From NCBI GenBank assembly GCA_947626735.1, contig CANQTK010000003.1, positions 8,952-72,951 on the forward strand: a stretch of DNA of 64,000 nucleotides. Reading direction: 5' to 3'. The DNA is from an uncultured Clostridia bacterium (GTDB lineage Bacteria; Bacillota; Clostridia; TANB77; CAG-508). The position numbers and the translations under genes were made by a program. A model generated the notes under the pieces. That model was given only the letters and a program-made list of their open reading frames with translations. It was not told the DNA's origin and ran no database searches. Shown here in pieces: positions 1 through 10,919 of the stretch (position 1 is its first letter; every line of letters starts with the position of its first letter).

Positions 1-852
1 TTCTTTATCATTTTCATCGCCAATATATACATTAATGTCTTTTGCCACCCCAGAGTCTAAAATATCAAGCATCACTTCTTTTTCATCCAAGACATTAACG
101 AAATTTTTCGCAAGTTCCAAACTTTTAAATTCTGGTAAATCGAAAGATTTATTGGCACCTTCTAAATAGATAGTACCGGCTTCTTCTACAATACGATTAA
201 TTTGCTCAATAATTGGTTTAATGACATCAACACTATAAGTAATTTCTGCTAAAATATATTCTTCCATTGGTTTATCAATTTTAGATAATGGTTTTCCTTT
301 TAGTTTCGCATTAAATAAATTGTTTAAGGTTTCCACTTGGGTTTGCGTAATATCTTCATCGTATTTAATAATCGTTTCTTTTACTAAACCACTATCGGTT
401 ACAATTACCACCATTAACATACGAGTGCCAAGTAAAACAAATTTGATTTCTTCGATTAACTGTCTTTCTGGTTTTGGTCCAATGGCAACGGTGGTATAGT
501 GCGTAATTTCAGATAAAGTAGTCGTTGCAATTTTAGCTAAATCTTCAATTTCATTTACTTTGGCGTCTAATTTTGATTGAATATATTTCATTTCTTCTAG
601 GGAAATATCATCTTCTTTAATTAGTTCATCCACATAGAAGCGATACCCTTTTTCCGATGGGATACGACCAGATGAGGTGTGTGTTTTATCTAAGTATCCA
701 CTTTTTTCTAATTCCGCCAGTTCATTTCGAACCGTAGCACTACTATAGTCTAAATGATATTTTTCTACTAAAGCTGAGGAACTAACTGGCTCTGCGGTAT
801 TTACATATTCATCGATAACCGCTTGTAATATTTTCTTTTTTCTCTCGTCCAA
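1..852 (-). CDS. hrcA: Heat-inducible transcription repressor HrcA (3' part runs off the window start)
   Basis: Manual translation from TTG at 852: MDERKKKILQAVIDEY...SSATVRNE...HTSSGRIPSEKGYRFYV; GAGGTGA SD upstream; CIRCE adjacent. Confidence 0.95.
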   Translation of the reverse strand, partial: MDERKKKILQAVIDEYVNTAEPVSSSALVEKYHLDYSSATVRNELAELEKSGYLDKTHTSSGRIPSEKGYRFYVDELIKEDDISLEEMKYIQSKLDAKVNEIEDLAKIATTTLSEITHYTTVAIGPKPERQLIEEIKFVLLGTRMLMVVIVTDSGLVKETIIKYDEDITQTQVETLNNLFNAKLKGKPLSKIDKPMEEYILAEITYSVDVIKPIIEQINRIVEEAGTIYLEGANKSFDLPEFKSLELAKNFVNVLDEKEVMLDILDSGVAKDINVYIGDENDKE

Positions 853-868
853 TTTATCACCTCTTAAG

Positions 869-895
869 TTAGCACTTTCATCTTTAGAGTGCTAA
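869..895 (-). promoter_or_regulatory. CIRCE operator
   Basis: TTAGCACTC-N9-AAGTGCTAA on the minus strand, one mismatch to the consensus, directly upstream of hrcA. Confidence 0.93.
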
Positions 896-1005
896 CTTGT
901 TATATATTATACCCATTTTTAGCAGTTGTCAATACAGATTGCTAATTTTTTTGTGAATTTTTTGTGTTTATTTCTTACAATATATATGAAAGTATGATAA
1001 ACCGC

Positions 1006-1039
1006 AAAAAAGCACCTTCTATTAAGAAGATGCTTTTTT
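1006..1039 (-). terminator. Intrinsic terminator after the 92-aa ORF
   Basis: AAAAAAGCACCTTCT-att-AAGAAGATGCTTTTTT imperfect inverted repeat with A/T tails. Confidence 0.7.
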
Positions 1040-1049
1040 AGACCTCATT

Positions 1050-1328
1050 TTATTTTGTCAAAAACTGCATTACGCTTTCTTCAACAAAAACATTGTTAAT
1101 CCGGGTAAATCTTCCCAAAGATTCCTTGAATTCTTTTAAAGAATCTTTAGGAAGATCATGTGGTCCTATCGAAAATGTAGCTAACGTACGATTTAAATAC
1201 GTATTATACTCATTGATATAGTACTCAACCAATTTAAATATATCTGTTGAGTTTCCCTCAAACTCTACCACTTTCCCGATGACAACTTCTGTAGGTCCAA
1301 CTACCTTAAACCCATTGATTTCTAACAT
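1050..1328 (-). CDS. Hypothetical protein, 92 aa
   Basis: ORF with AAGGAGG SD; no family recognised; one in-frame CGG-A at 1103..1100. Confidence 0.7.
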   Translation of the reverse strand: MLEINGFKVVGPTEVVIGKVVEFEGNSTDIFKLVEYYINEYNTYLNRTLATFSIGPHDLPKDSLKEFKESLGRFTRINNVFVEESVMQFLTK

Positions 1329-1400
1329 TGTGTCTTACCTCCTTAAGGTTGTTTAAATTTTATATTATTTATTATACAATATTAACATAAAATTGTCAAT

Positions 1401-2543
1401 CTATATAAACTCTTCCCACACTAAATTAGCCAAATCTAAACCTTTCTTCGTTAACTTAATTTGGTTTAAATCTATTTCCACTAATTCTTGTTTTACTAAC
1501 TTTTCTAATTCTTTGTGAAAAACATAAATAGGATTTTCTATAAATTTATTTTTAAATTCTTGAACATTTACTCCTTCTAACATTCTCAATCCTAACAACA
1601 TATATTCTCTTTTCTTTTCTTCTTCTGTTTGAATTTCGCAAACTGTTTGGTTTTTGGTAAAATTACCTTCTTCTATATTTTTGCAATATTCTTCTAAAGA
1701 AGTTGTATTACAATATCTTTTGTTTTGAAAGTAAGAATGAGCTGCCACACCAAAACCTAAATATTCTTTTTGTAGCCAACAATTTGTATTATGTTTTGAT
1801 TCATAACCAATTTTTGCAAAATTCGATATTTCATAATGAAAATACCCATTTTCTTCTAATATTTTTTTTGCTTCCCAGTACATTGTTCTTTCTAACTCTT
1901 CTTCTGGTAAAGTTACTTGTTTTTCTTCTATCATTTTTTGCATTTTTGTATGTTCTTCTACGATTAAAGAATACAACGATATATGTTCTGGTTGTAAAGA
2001 AATTACTTGGTGAATACTTGATTGTAATTCTTCTAAAGTTTGATTTGGCAACCCTAACATAAGATCTACGTTAATGTTTTTGATTCCTACTTCTCTTACC
2101 AAATGATAACAAGTTAAAAATTCTTCATAGGTATGAATTCTACCAATTTGCTTTAATCGTTGATTATTCGTTGATTGTAAACCGATACTAACTCGATTTA
2201 TTCCTACTTTTTGATAAGCAAGTAATTTTTCTTTGTCCACTGTTCCTGGATTCATTTCTATGGTAATTTCTGCTGTTTCCATTACATTATAGTGCTCTTT
2301 TATTGTTGTGATAATTTCTTCTATATAACTAGCTTCCATAAGAGAAGGAGTGCCCCCTCCTATATAAATGGTAGTTATTTCATATTCCTTTTTATTTGCT
2401 TCTTGTTTGATTTCCTCTTTTAAGGCTTCTATGTATTCTTTAATATTATCTTCTTTTTTTTCATAAGAAATAAAATCACAATAATAGCATTTTTGCTTGC
2501 AAAAAGGAATATGAATATAAATTCCTAATTCTTTTATTTTCAA
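1401..2543 (-). CDS. hemW: Radical SAM heme chaperone HemW (HemN-like)
   Basis: GIYIHIPFCKQKCYYCDF CxxxCxxC motif, TIYIGGGTPS, HYEISNFA; start probably TTG 2543 or GTG 2546 rather than the ORF-track start. Confidence 0.92.
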   Translation of the reverse strand: MKIKELGIYIHIPFCKQKCYYCDFISYEKKEDNIKEYIEALKEEIKQEANKKEYEITTIYIGGGTPSLMEASYIEEIITTIKEHYNVMETAEITIEMNPGTVDKEKLLAYQKVGINRVSIGLQSTNNQRLKQIGRIHTYEEFLTCYHLVREVGIKNINVDLMLGLPNQTLEELQSSIHQVISLQPEHISLYSLIVEEHTKMQKMIEEKQVTLPEEELERTMYWEAKKILEENGYFHYEISNFAKIGYESKHNTNCWLQKEYLGFGVAAHSYFQNKRYCNTTSLEEYCKNIEEGNFTKNQTVCEIQTEEEKKREYMLLGLRMLEGVNVQEFKNKFIENPIYVFHKELEKLVKQELVEIDLNQIKLTKKGLDLANLVWEEFI

Positions 2544-2580
2544 CACTCCCTTTCCACTTTGTTGCGACATTGGGGATAAA

Positions 2581-2611
2581 TGAGGCAAAAGGAAACGTCC
2601 CTAATGCCTCA
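2581..2611. repeat. Hairpin repeat family 3 (GGAAACGTCC loop), copy 1
   Basis: TGAGGCA-aaaggaaacgtccctaa-TGCCTCA; overlaps the whiA stop codon. Confidence 0.65.
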
Positions 2612-3512
2612 CTAATTCTTCGATTTGTTTTAGGCGATGGTTTACGCCTGATTTTCCAATTGGTTCTTTTAACATTTGTCCTAATTCTATTAAAGAAGCG
2701 TCTGGATTTTCTAAACGTAAGATAGCAATTTCTTTTAAAGAATCTGGTAAAGTTTCAAATTTTCCTTCTTTTTGTAATTTTTGAATTGCATTTATTTGCT
2801 TTACAGCAGCTGTAATGGTTTTACTTAAATTAGCTGTTTCGCAATTTACTTTACGGTTGATATTATTTTTCATATCTCTTAATACTCGAATTTCTTCAAA
2901 TTTTAAAACGGCAGAATTGGCACCAATAAAGGCTAATAATTTTGAAATTTCTTCTCCCTCTTTTAAGTATAAAGAGAAACCACTTTTTCTTTTCATTTCT
3001 TTTAGGTGTATTTCTGCTTTTTCTAAAAGTTCTTTTATGATATTTGCACTTTCTTGCGTTGATAAAATCATTTCCAAATGATATTTATTTTCTGGATTAT
3101 TGACACTTCCGCTTCCCAAAAAAATGCCACGTATTAGTGCTTTTATTGTCATTTCTTCTTGTGTATTTTTCTTTTGCAGTTTTGTTAGTGTTTCTTGAAA
3201 TATAGAAGATAACACGATGTCTTGTCCTTCGTAACAAATTTCTTCTAAGAAATCTATTTTGGGCAAAGTAATTTTATAGTTTTTTCCTTTTAACTCAATT
3301 TGAAAGTTTAAAATACCAAGATTAGAAAGCAATTTACTAAAACGATTAATGTTATATTCATTGACTGTTGAATAACAAATTTTCTTTTGATAATATGTTG
3401 TGTTATTACTTATTAAGTAACCAATTAATTCATATTTGACGAATTCTTTATTCTTCAAGTTTGCTATTTTGCTTAAATTTTCTTTTAGTTCTGATGAAAA
3501 AGACATTTTCAC
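2601..3512 (-). CDS. whiA: DNA-binding protein WhiA
   Basis: RGIFLGSGSVNNPENKYHLE, NRKVNCETANLSKT, SLIELGQML...GKSGVNHRL. Confidence 0.93.
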   Translation of the reverse strand: MKMSFSSELKENLSKIANLKNKEFVKYELIGYLISNNTTYYQKKICYSTVNEYNINRFSKLLSNLGILNFQIELKGKNYKITLPKIDFLEEICYEGQDIVLSSIFQETLTKLQKKNTQEEMTIKALIRGIFLGSGSVNNPENKYHLEMILSTQESANIIKELLEKAEIHLKEMKRKSGFSLYLKEGEEISKLLAFIGANSAVLKFEEIRVLRDMKNNINRKVNCETANLSKTITAAVKQINAIQKLQKEGKFETLPDSLKEIAILRLENPDASLIELGQMLKEPIGKSGVNHRLKQIEELVRH

Positions 3513-3558
3513 TTTTGCCTCCTTTTTATTTTGTTAAATATGATGCTTCGTTTCTATT

Positions 3559-4398
3559 CTACTTTTGACAAACAATGATTCTATCATTTCCGCTTAAATC
3601 TTGCTTTGCTTCTACTTTTTTATAGTTTCCTGTTTTTTGTGCTAATTCCATTACTTTTTCTCTTTGATCATATCCTATTTCCATGCATAAATAGCCTTTT
3701 TCTTTTAAATATTTTGGAGCTTCGTTTAATATTATTCGGTAAAAGGAAAGTCCATCTTTTCCTCCATCTAGGGCTATATGTGGCTCTTGTTGTACCTGCT
3801 TAGATAATGTAGAAATAACATTTGTTTCAATATAAGGTGGATTGGAAACAATGATGTCAAATGTTTTTTCTATTTTTTCAAATAGATTTGACGATACAAA
3901 AGTAATTTTTTCTATTACCTGATTTTGTTTACTATTTTTTTCTGCTATTTCTAAGGCTTTTTTACTAACATCACTCACTGTAATTCTTGCATTTTTTAAA
4001 TAGCGGGCTAAAGAAATACCAATACAACCGCTCCCTGTACCTAAGTCTAAAATTTCCTTTTTGTTTTCTTTTGTTGCTATGTGCAATACTTCTTCTACTA
4101 AAATTTCGGTATCTGGTTGCGGAATTAATACATTTTCATCTACATAGAAAGGCAAACCATAAAATTCTTGTTGCTTTATAATATACTGTAATGGTTTTCC
4201 TTCTATGATTTGTTGAAGTAGTTTTTGATACTGCTTTTTTTGTTCTTCTTCTACTTCTTGTGTGTCTTTTCTTAGTAATTCCGTTCTAGTCATATTGAAT
4301 ACATATTGCAATAAAATTCTTGCTACCATGCTAGCATCTTCTATGTTATTTTTTATTAATTCTTGTTTTGCGCCTTCTAATAATTGGTTTATTTTCAT
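3559..4398 (-). CDS. prmC: Release factor glutamine methyltransferase
   Basis: VLIPQPDTEILVE, LDLGTGSGCI, SNPPYI motifs. Confidence 0.95.
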   Translation of the reverse strand: MKINQLLEGAKQELIKNNIEDASMVARILLQYVFNMTRTELLRKDTQEVEEEQKKQYQKLLQQIIEGKPLQYIIKQQEFYGLPFYVDENVLIPQPDTEILVEEVLHIATKENKKEILDLGTGSGCIGISLARYLKNARITVSDVSKKALEIAEKNSKQNQVIEKITFVSSNLFEKIEKTFDIIVSNPPYIETNVISTLSKQVQQEPHIALDGGKDGLSFYRIILNEAPKYLKEKGYLCMEIGYDQREKVMELAQKTGNYKKVEAKQDLSGNDRIIVCQK

Positions 4399-4444
4399 TT
4401 TTTCTTTTCCTTTTTTATCTTATCAAAAATTTTACTATAAAAGA

Positions 4445-4479
4445 AAGAAAATAGCAAGCTTACGTGCTATTTTCTTTTT
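4445..4479 (-). terminator. Terminator downstream of the putative 6S RNA
   Basis: GAAAATAGCA-N8-TGCTATTTTC inverted repeat. Confidence 0.65.
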
Positions 4480-4497
4480 CGGTTTTATTAAATTAAA

Positions 4498-4682
4498 TTC
4501 CCCACCTTAGCCGTATATCGAAAAGAAATTTTTATACCTGTTTTCACAGGTGGGTGTCTTGTTGAAGGCTCCTGGGTTTCTTACTATTCAAAATGTAAGC
4601 TTACACGCCACCTTCAAAGGCGGACTCCCTTATTTTATTTGTTGGTAATAAAATTTCAGTCTACACGTACCACGCAGGGAAT
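4498..4682 (-). ncRNA. ssrS: 6S RNA (probable)
   Basis: About 185-nt GC-richer island whose ends pair (TTCCCTGCGTGG...CTAAGGTGGGGAA); CACCCACCTG...CAGGT element recalled from Firmicutes 6S RNAs; sigmaA-like promoter upstream, terminator downstream; no covariance model run. Confidence 0.72.
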
Positions 4683-4894
4683 AAAAATATTTATTTGTGA
4701 TTTTATTGTAGCATAACAGAATCTACTTTTTCAATCTTACTTTTGCTTAAATTTTATACTTTAGGCTATGTTTTTTCTTGTTATCTTACTTTTTCTCATT
4801 TACTACTACTTATTTCTCTTTTTTTAGTATTTGCACTTTTTCTTATTTTATGCTAAAATAAAGAAAATTGTGCTATTTCCTTTTGCACAATTTT

Positions 4895-5767
4895 TTATTT
4901 TTCCATTACAATATCTCGTTTTAATTTCTTTTCTTTGACTATTCCTAAGCCTATGTATTCATTCGTATCAATATTATAAATTCCATCTTGTTTTTCTGTT
5001 TCTAATAAAACTCCATTTAAAAATTTGTTTATTTGATTCTTTTCTAAATAAATATTTGGGAATTCTTTAAAAATTTCCTGCATAGTAACTATGTGTTCTT
5101 CTATTTTCTCTGGATTTTTTTCTAATTCTTCTAAAGAAATCGCCCTTTGTAAAGTAAAGTTTCCTACTTTTGTTCTATTTAATTCTTTCATATAACCAAT
5201 GGTACCTAATTTGGTCGCAATATCTTCACATAAACTGCGAATATAAGTACCTTTTGAACAAGCTACTTTCCATTTTATTTCATTTTGTTTTTTATTGATT
5301 TCTTGCAAGTCTATGCTATAAATCTCAATATTTCTAGGAGTTCTTTCTATCGTTTGTCCGCTTCTTGCATATTCATATAATTTTTTTCCTTTTACTTTAA
5401 GTGCTGAATACATGGGTGGAATTTGTTGCTGTTTTCCTATCAAAGAAGATAATACCTTTTCTACGGATTCTAACTTGTCCCAATCTATTTCTTTCTCTTC
5501 TATTACAATGCCTTCTGCATCTAAGGTATCTGTTTTAATTCCTAATTTTAAGGTTACTTCGTATTCTTTGTCATGGTTGATGAAATATTTTGAAAGTTTT
5601 GTTCCTTGGTTTAATAAAAGTGGCAAAACACCTGTTGCGTTTGGATCTAATGTACCAGTATGACCTATCTTTTTAGCCTTTACAATTTTTTTTACTTTTT
5701 GTACTACATCATGAGAAGTAAAACCTTTTGGCTTATTTATGATTACAATTCCATTTAATTCTTGCAC
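4895..5767 (-). CDS. truB: tRNA pseudouridine(55) synthase
   Basis: KPKGFTSHDVV, GHTGTLDPNATGVL, CSKGTYIRSL. Confidence 0.97.
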   Translation of the reverse strand: MQELNGIVIINKPKGFTSHDVVQKVKKIVKAKKIGHTGTLDPNATGVLPLLLNQGTKLSKYFINHDKEYEVTLKLGIKTDTLDAEGIVIEEKEIDWDKLESVEKVLSSLIGKQQQIPPMYSALKVKGKKLYEYARSGQTIERTPRNIEIYSIDLQEINKKQNEIKWKVACSKGTYIRSLCEDIATKLGTIGYMKELNRTKVGNFTLQRAISLEELEKNPEKIEEHIVTMQEIFKEFPNIYLEKNQINKFLNGVLLETEKQDGIYNIDTNEYIGLGIVKEKKLKRDIVMEK

Positions 5768-5846
5768 TAATTTTTTCCTTCTTTACCTAGAATTTTTTAC
5801 TATAAAAAATAAAATTAAAAATTTTTCATTTTATTTTTATTTACTA

Positions 5847-6794
5847 TTATATGTACATTTTTACTTGGTTAATCATCTTTTCTTTTACTTGTTCTAAGCT
5901 TTGTGCTATGGTACAACCTGCTGCATGGAAATGTCCTCCACCACCAAACATTAGGCATACATCCGATACGTTTACATAGCTGTTAGAGCGTAAAGAAGCT
6001 TTAAACCCTTTGTTTGTTTCTCTTATAAAAATGGATACTTCTACTCCTTCAATGGCTCTTCCTTCTTCTACAATTCCTTCATAGTCCCCATTTTCAGCAT
6101 TGACTTCTTCTTCATCTTGTTTCGTGATATAAGTAAAAGCAATTTTTCCTTCTTCTAAAAATTCCATACGATCAATCGCTCTTTTTCGTAATTCAAAATT
6201 TGCCCTTGATTTCGTATTCATTACTTTTTTATATACCTCTGATACGTTAACTCCTTTTTGCAATAATTCTGAAGCAAATTCAAACGTTTCTGGCTTTGTA
6301 CTTTGATATTGAAAACCACCTGTATCGGTAATAATTCCAGTTAAAATACAAGTGCCTACTTCTTTGTCTATTTCTAATCCAAAATATTCTATAATATGAA
6401 TTAGAATTTGTGCACATGCTGGCGCATCTGGATTTACGTAATTATAATCACCATACATGGTGTTCGTTCCATGATGATCAATGACCACTTTTACTTTTGC
6501 CGATTCAAAATAATTCGACCATCCATTTAACATTTTAATGGTTGCCGTATCTACCGCAATGGCTAAATCATATGATTCTTTCTTTCCTTCCTTTTGAATT
6601 TGCTCTGCTTTTGGTAAAAATTCATAAATTCTAGGAAGTTCCGGAATAATGATATCTACTTCTTTTTGCATTTTCTCTAATGCCATAAACATAGCTAAAG
6701 CACTTCCTATTGCATCTCCATCTGGATTTTCATGGGTTAAAATAACAATGCTATTTGCTTTTTTTACTTCCTCTAATATACTATCTAAAGTCAT
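5847..6794 (-). CDS. nrnA: DHH/DHHA1 family phosphoesterase (NrnA-like)
   Basis: HENPDGDAIGS, IDHH, TDTGGF, GGGGHFHAAG. Confidence 0.88.
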   Translation of the reverse strand: MTLDSILEEVKKANSIVILTHENPDGDAIGSALAMFMALEKMQKEVDIIIPELPRIYEFLPKAEQIQKEGKKESYDLAIAVDTATIKMLNGWSNYFESAKVKVVIDHHGTNTMYGDYNYVNPDAPACAQILIHIIEYFGLEIDKEVGTCILTGIITDTGGFQYQSTKPETFEFASELLQKGVNVSEVYKKVMNTKSRANFELRKRAIDRMEFLEEGKIAFTYITKQDEEEVNAENGDYEGIVEEGRAIEGVEVSIFIRETNKGFKASLRSNSYVNVSDVCLMFGGGGHFHAAGCTIAQSLEQVKEKMINQVKMYI

Positions 6795-6814
6795 GTTTTA
6801 CTCCTTTTTTACAG

Positions 6815-6843
6815 GTACCTTTAGGAAACGTCCCTAAAGGTAC
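6815..6843. repeat. Hairpin repeat family 3, copy 2
   Basis: GTACCTTTAGG-aaacgtc-CCTAAAGGTAC perfect stem between rbfA and nrnA. Confidence 0.7.
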
Positions 6844-6847
6844 ATTT

Positions 6848-7204
6848 TTATTTTTCGTCTTTTTTTAATTCTTCTAAAATAGAATCTATTTTCATTCCAT
6901 ATTCCATAGAATCATCTTTTTCAAAAACCAACTCTGGTGTTATTCTTAAGTTTATTCTTTTAGCAATTAAACTACGAATAAATCCTGCTGAATTTTTTAG
7001 CGCTTCTATGGTTCTATTTTCATTTTTGGAATTTAACATGCTAATATATACTTTTGCATATTTTAAGTCTGGTGTTATTTTTACTTTGGTAACACTAATT
7101 AGCCCTGTTACATCTGGATTTTTTAATTCAAAGGAAATAATATGACTCATTTCCTTTTTTAATTCCTCATTAATACGGTTTAGCCTATTTTCATTCTTTG
7201 GCAT
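6848..7204 (-). CDS. rbfA: Ribosome-binding factor A
   Basis: VKITPDLKYAKVYIS, LRITPELVFEKD. Confidence 0.96.
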   Translation of the reverse strand: MPKNENRLNRINEELKKEMSHIISFELKNPDVTGLISVTKVKITPDLKYAKVYISMLNSKNENRTIEALKNSAGFIRSLIAKRINLRITPELVFEKDDSMEYGMKIDSILEELKKDEK

Positions 7205-7217
7205 GTTTGCCTCCTTT

Positions 7218-7685
7218 TTATCTTTCTTCTTGATTTTCCTCTTGATTTTGTAATTGATTCATTGCCTTTCGTAAAATTTCTTTCTTTTTTCTTTCTGCTT
7301 CTTGTGCATCTTTTCTAGCAAAAACATTGCGTAATTTTTGTTCTGTTACTTTCTTTTCTCGTGGTCTACTTAACCTATTAGCTCTTACATTTAAAGTTTC
7401 TCTAAATTTTTTTGGCAAATTTTGTTGTTCTTCTACTTTCTGTTGGCTCTGTTCTATTGGTGTTGTCATTTCTTGTTCTTCTTTTTCTAATCTTTCTTGC
7501 TCTTGTTCTTCTTGTTCTTTTTCTAATCTTGCTTGTTCTTCTTTTTGTGCTAGTCTTTGCTCTTCTTCCTTTATTTTGTCTAATTTTTCTTCTTCTATTC
7601 GTGCTAATCTTTCTTCCTCTTGTTCTACAAATTCTTCAATATCTCTATTTTTAGGAATTTTTACTTTTTTTGCCTTCTTTCCCAT
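7218..7685 (-). CDS. Hypothetical highly charged E/K/Q-rich (coiled-coil-like) protein
   Basis: ORF fills the infB-rbfA gap, SD-like GGATGTG upstream; EEQERLE-type repeats. Confidence 0.7.
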   Translation of the reverse strand: MGKKAKKVKIPKNRDIEEFVEQEEERLARIEEEKLDKIKEEEQRLAQKEEQARLEKEQEEQEQERLEKEEQEMTTPIEQSQQKVEEQQNLPKKFRETLNVRANRLSRPREKKVTEQKLRNVFARKDAQEAERKKKEILRKAMNQLQNQEENQEER

Positions 7686-7722
7686 CTATTACACATCCTT
7701 TTCTTTTTATTTTAGTTATATT

Positions 7723-10578
7723 TTATCTTTTTACTTCTTCCATAACATATACTTCAATGATGTCTCCTTCTTTTAGGTCGTTGTAATCTTCAATTTGCAT
7801 ACCACATTCGTAACCTTTGGCTACTTCTTTTACATCATCTTTAAAGCGTTTTAAAGAAACTAGTTTTCCTTCATGAATTACCACATCTTCACGAATAACA
7901 CGAACGCCTGCATTTCTTTCAATTTTTCCTTCTAATACATAAGCTCCTGCAATCGTTCCTACATTAGATACTTTAAATACTTGTCGTACTTCTACATTTC
8001 CAATGACTTTTTCTTCATAGATTGGATCTAACATTCCTTTCATTGCTGCTTTTACATCATCAATAGCTTGGTAAATAATAGAATATTGTTTAATTTCCAC
8101 TTCTTCTTTTTCCGCTACTTGTTTTGCTGTGGTTACTGGGCGAACATTGAAAGCAATAATAATGGCATTAGCTACTTTTGCTAAGGTAACATCGGATTCG
8201 GTAACAGCTCCTGCTGCAGCATGAATGACTCTTACCTTTACTTCTTCGTCAGATAGTTTTTCTAACGATTGTTTTAATGCTTCTGCAGAACCTTGTACGT
8301 CCGCTTTTACAATGATATTGAATTGTTTTAACTTTCCTTCTTCCATCTGGCTAAATAAATTATCTAAGGTAACTGGAGCCATTTGATTCATTGATTTTTC
8401 TCTTTGCGTACGTTTTCTTCTTTCAATTAAGTGTTTTGCCATTTTTTCATCTTTTACTTCGTAGAAGATATCACCAGATTCTGGTACTTCTGTTAATCCC
8501 ATTACTTCTACTGGAGTAGATGGTCCGGCTTTTTTTACTTTTTGTCCTTTGTCGTTTCTCATGGCTCTAATTCTACCAATAGAAGAACCTACTACAATCG
8601 TATCTCCGACATCTAGCGTTCCTCTTTGTACTAAAATCGATGCAATTGGTCCTCTTGCCTTATCTAGACGTGCTTCAATAACAGCACCTTTGGCTTGTTT
8701 TTTAGGGTTTGCTTTTAGTTCTAGCACATCTGCTTGTAATAATACCATTTCTAATAATTCATCAATGTTTTGATGTTGTTTTGCAGAAATTGGCACATAA
8801 ATGGTATCACCACCCCATTCTTCTGGTACTAATTCATATTTCATTAATTCTTGTTTTACTTTATCTACATTAGCTTCCGGTAAGTCAATTTTATTCACTG
8901 CTACAATAATAGGAATACCAGCTGCTTTTGCATGGTTAATTGCCTCTACGGTTTGAGGCATAACTCCATCGTTAGCTGCTACTACTAAAATGGCAATATC
9001 GGTAATTTGAGCACCTCTTGCACGCATGCTTGTAAATGCTTCATGTCCTGGGGTATCTAGGAAGGTAATATCTCTTCCATTGATGTTTACCATATAAGCA
9101 CCAATGGCTTGCGTAATTCCTCCTGCTTCTCCTTCAATGACATTGGTTTTACGAATAGCATCTAAAAGTGAAGTTTTTCCATGGTCTACGTGTCCCATAA
9201 CCACAACAACTGGCGGTCTGGTTTGTAGTTCTTCTTCGGTGTCTTCGGATTCATCAAATAGAATATCTTCTTCTTTGACTTCTTCTTTCTTTTTGGCAGT
9301 GACACCAAATTCTTCGGCTACTAAAAATGCTGTATCAAAGTCTAAGTCGTTGTTAATGGTTGCCATGATACCAAATCCAAATAATACTTTAATGACTTCT
9401 GCTGAAGTTTTCTTAAGTTCCATTGCCAAATCTTTTACGGTAATGGATTCTGGTATGGTAATTTCTGTTAATTGAAAGATTTTTTGAGTTCTTTCTTCTT
9501 GTATTTTACCTGATTTTTTCTTATTTTTCTTTCCTCTTGCTGTGGTTAAATCGTAGTAGTCTAACATTCCTCCTTCTTGGTCATCAAACATATTAGACAA
9601 ACGATCTACTTGTTTTAAATCTTTTAATTTACCACCATCAAATTCTTCATGAAATCTAGAGCCTCTTTTATTTTTATTGGCTTTTTGATTTTTTTCTTCT
9701 TTTCTTTCAAATTTTGCTTTATCGATGGCTCTACTTGCAAAATCTCTTTGATTTTCTTTTTCTAACAAATCAGTTGCCATGATATCTTTAATATTTCTAT
9801 CAATACCACGGTCATCTAATGGTCTTCTTTCACGATTAAAGTTTTGGTTATGATTACGATTTTGATTGTTTCGATAGTTATTATTATTATCACGTTTTTG
9901 ATAAGCATTACGGTTGTTTTCTCTATTTTGGTATTCTTCTCTATTAGAAAAATTTCCTCTATTATTGGTATGATTACGGTTTTGAAAATTTCCTTGGTTA
10001 TTGTAATTTTTGTTTTCTGTTTTATTGCCATTCATTGGACCACGATTATAATTTTGTCTATTTTGCTCTTGCTTCTTTATCTCTCCTACTTTTACTTGCG
10101 TTTGTGTAGTGATTTCTGTTTTAGGAAGAACTTCTTGCTTCTTTTCTTCTTTTTTTGGTTCTTCTTTTTTTCCAATACCAAATAATTCGCTTACTGTCAT
10201 TGGTTTCGTAGGTTTATTACGGTATACGATATTATAATCAGCATTTTTATTTCTTTCTACAAAGCCAACTTGTTTACTTTTTTGTTCTTTTTGTCTTTGC
10301 ACACGCTCTTTTTCTTTTTCTTCTTCATCATTAATAATCACTTCTCTTCGAATAATAACTGGTGCAGAAGGTTTCTTTTCCTCTTTGATGGTTTCTTTCT
10401 TATTTTCTACTTTTTTTTGCTTACTTAAGAAAGCATTTTTTATTTTTTCTGCTTCCTGTTCTTCTACCCCACTCATATGTGATTTTGCTTCAATTCCAAG
10501 TTCCTTTGCTTTTTCCATAATTTCTTTACTTGTTAGACCTATTTCTTTTGCTATTTCATGTATTTTGATTTTACCCAA
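7723..10578 (-). CDS. infB: Translation initiation factor IF-2
   Basis: [24 protein letters not shown]; long N/R-rich N-terminal region. Confidence 0.99.
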   Translation of the reverse strand: MGKIKIHEIAKEIGLTSKEIMEKAKELGIEAKSHMSGVEEQEAEKIKNAFLSKQKKVENKKETIKEEKKPSAPVIIRREVIINDEEEKEKERVQRQKEQKSKQVGFVERNKNADYNIVYRNKPTKPMTVSELFGIGKKEEPKKEEKKQEVLPKTEITTQTQVKVGEIKKQEQNRQNYNRGPMNGNKTENKNYNNQGNFQNRNHTNNRGNFSNREEYQNRENNRNAYQKRDNNNNYRNNQNRNHNQNFNRERRPLDDRGIDRNIKDIMATDLLEKENQRDFASRAIDKAKFERKEEKNQKANKNKRGSRFHEEFDGGKLKDLKQVDRLSNMFDDQEGGMLDYYDLTTARGKKNKKKSGKIQEERTQKIFQLTEITIPESITVKDLAMELKKTSAEVIKVLFGFGIMATINNDLDFDTAFLVAEEFGVTAKKKEEVKEEDILFDESEDTEEELQTRPPVVVVMGHVDHGKTSLLDAIRKTNVIEGEAGGITQAIGAYMVNINGRDITFLDTPGHEAFTSMRARGAQITDIAILVVAANDGVMPQTVEAINHAKAAGIPIIVAVNKIDLPEANVDKVKQELMKYELVPEEWGGDTIYVPISAKQHQNIDELLEMVLLQADVLELKANPKKQAKGAVIEARLDKARGPIASILVQRGTLDVGDTIVVGSSIGRIRAMRNDKGQKVKKAGPSTPVEVMGLTEVPESGDIFYEVKDEKMAKHLIERRKRTQREKSMNQMAPVTLDNLFSQMEEGKLKQFNIIVKADVQGSAEALKQSLEKLSDEEVKVRVIHAAAGAVTESDVTLAKVANAIIIAFNVRPVTTAKQVAEKEEVEIKQYSIIYQAIDDVKAAMKGMLDPIYEEKVIGNVEVRQVFKVSNVGTIAGAYVLEGKIERNAGVRVIREDVVIHEGKLVSLKRFKDDVKEVAKGYECGMQIEDYNDLKEGDIIEVYVMEEVKR

Positions 10579-10903
10579 TCACTTCACCCCCATCAATTCT
10601 CTTGATTAATTCTTTCGCAAAATTCTCGTCTTTTATTACTATTACTGCTTTATTTACTTGCCCTATGCTTTTACTTAACTCTTCTATGGTTCCTATCATT
10701 CGTATTGGTATGTTATCCCTTTCACACAATTGTTCAAAATTCTTTTTTGTTCTTGAACTAGTATCTTCTGCTACTATTACTAACTTTGCCTTTCCTTTTT
10801 TTATGACTTCTTGCACACTTTCTGTTCCAAAATTTATTTTTCCTGCCCTGCGTGCTAGTCCGATTAAACCATAAATAGTATGATTTACCCCCAAATATTT
10901 CAC
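10571..10903 (-). CDS. ylxQ: L7Ae/L30e family RNA-binding protein (YlxQ-like)
   Basis: [27 protein letters not shown]; position between ylxR and infB. Confidence 0.88.
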   Translation of the reverse strand: MKYLGVNHTIYGLIGLARRAGKINFGTESVQEVIKKGKAKLVIVAEDTSSRTKKNFEQLCERDNIPIRMIGTIEELSKSIGQVNKAVIVIKDENFAKELIKRIDGGEVIG

Positions 10904-10919
10904 CTCTTACTATGTTCTA

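Noticed and set aside
4498-4682. Riboswitch upstream of prmC
   Set aside because: No FMN, SAM or T-box signature seen; end-to-end pairing with its own promoter and terminator fits 6S RNA better
9700-10100. Short direct repeats in infB (TGATTACG...TTTTG)
   Set aside because: They encode the usual low-complexity N/R-rich IF2 N-terminal region
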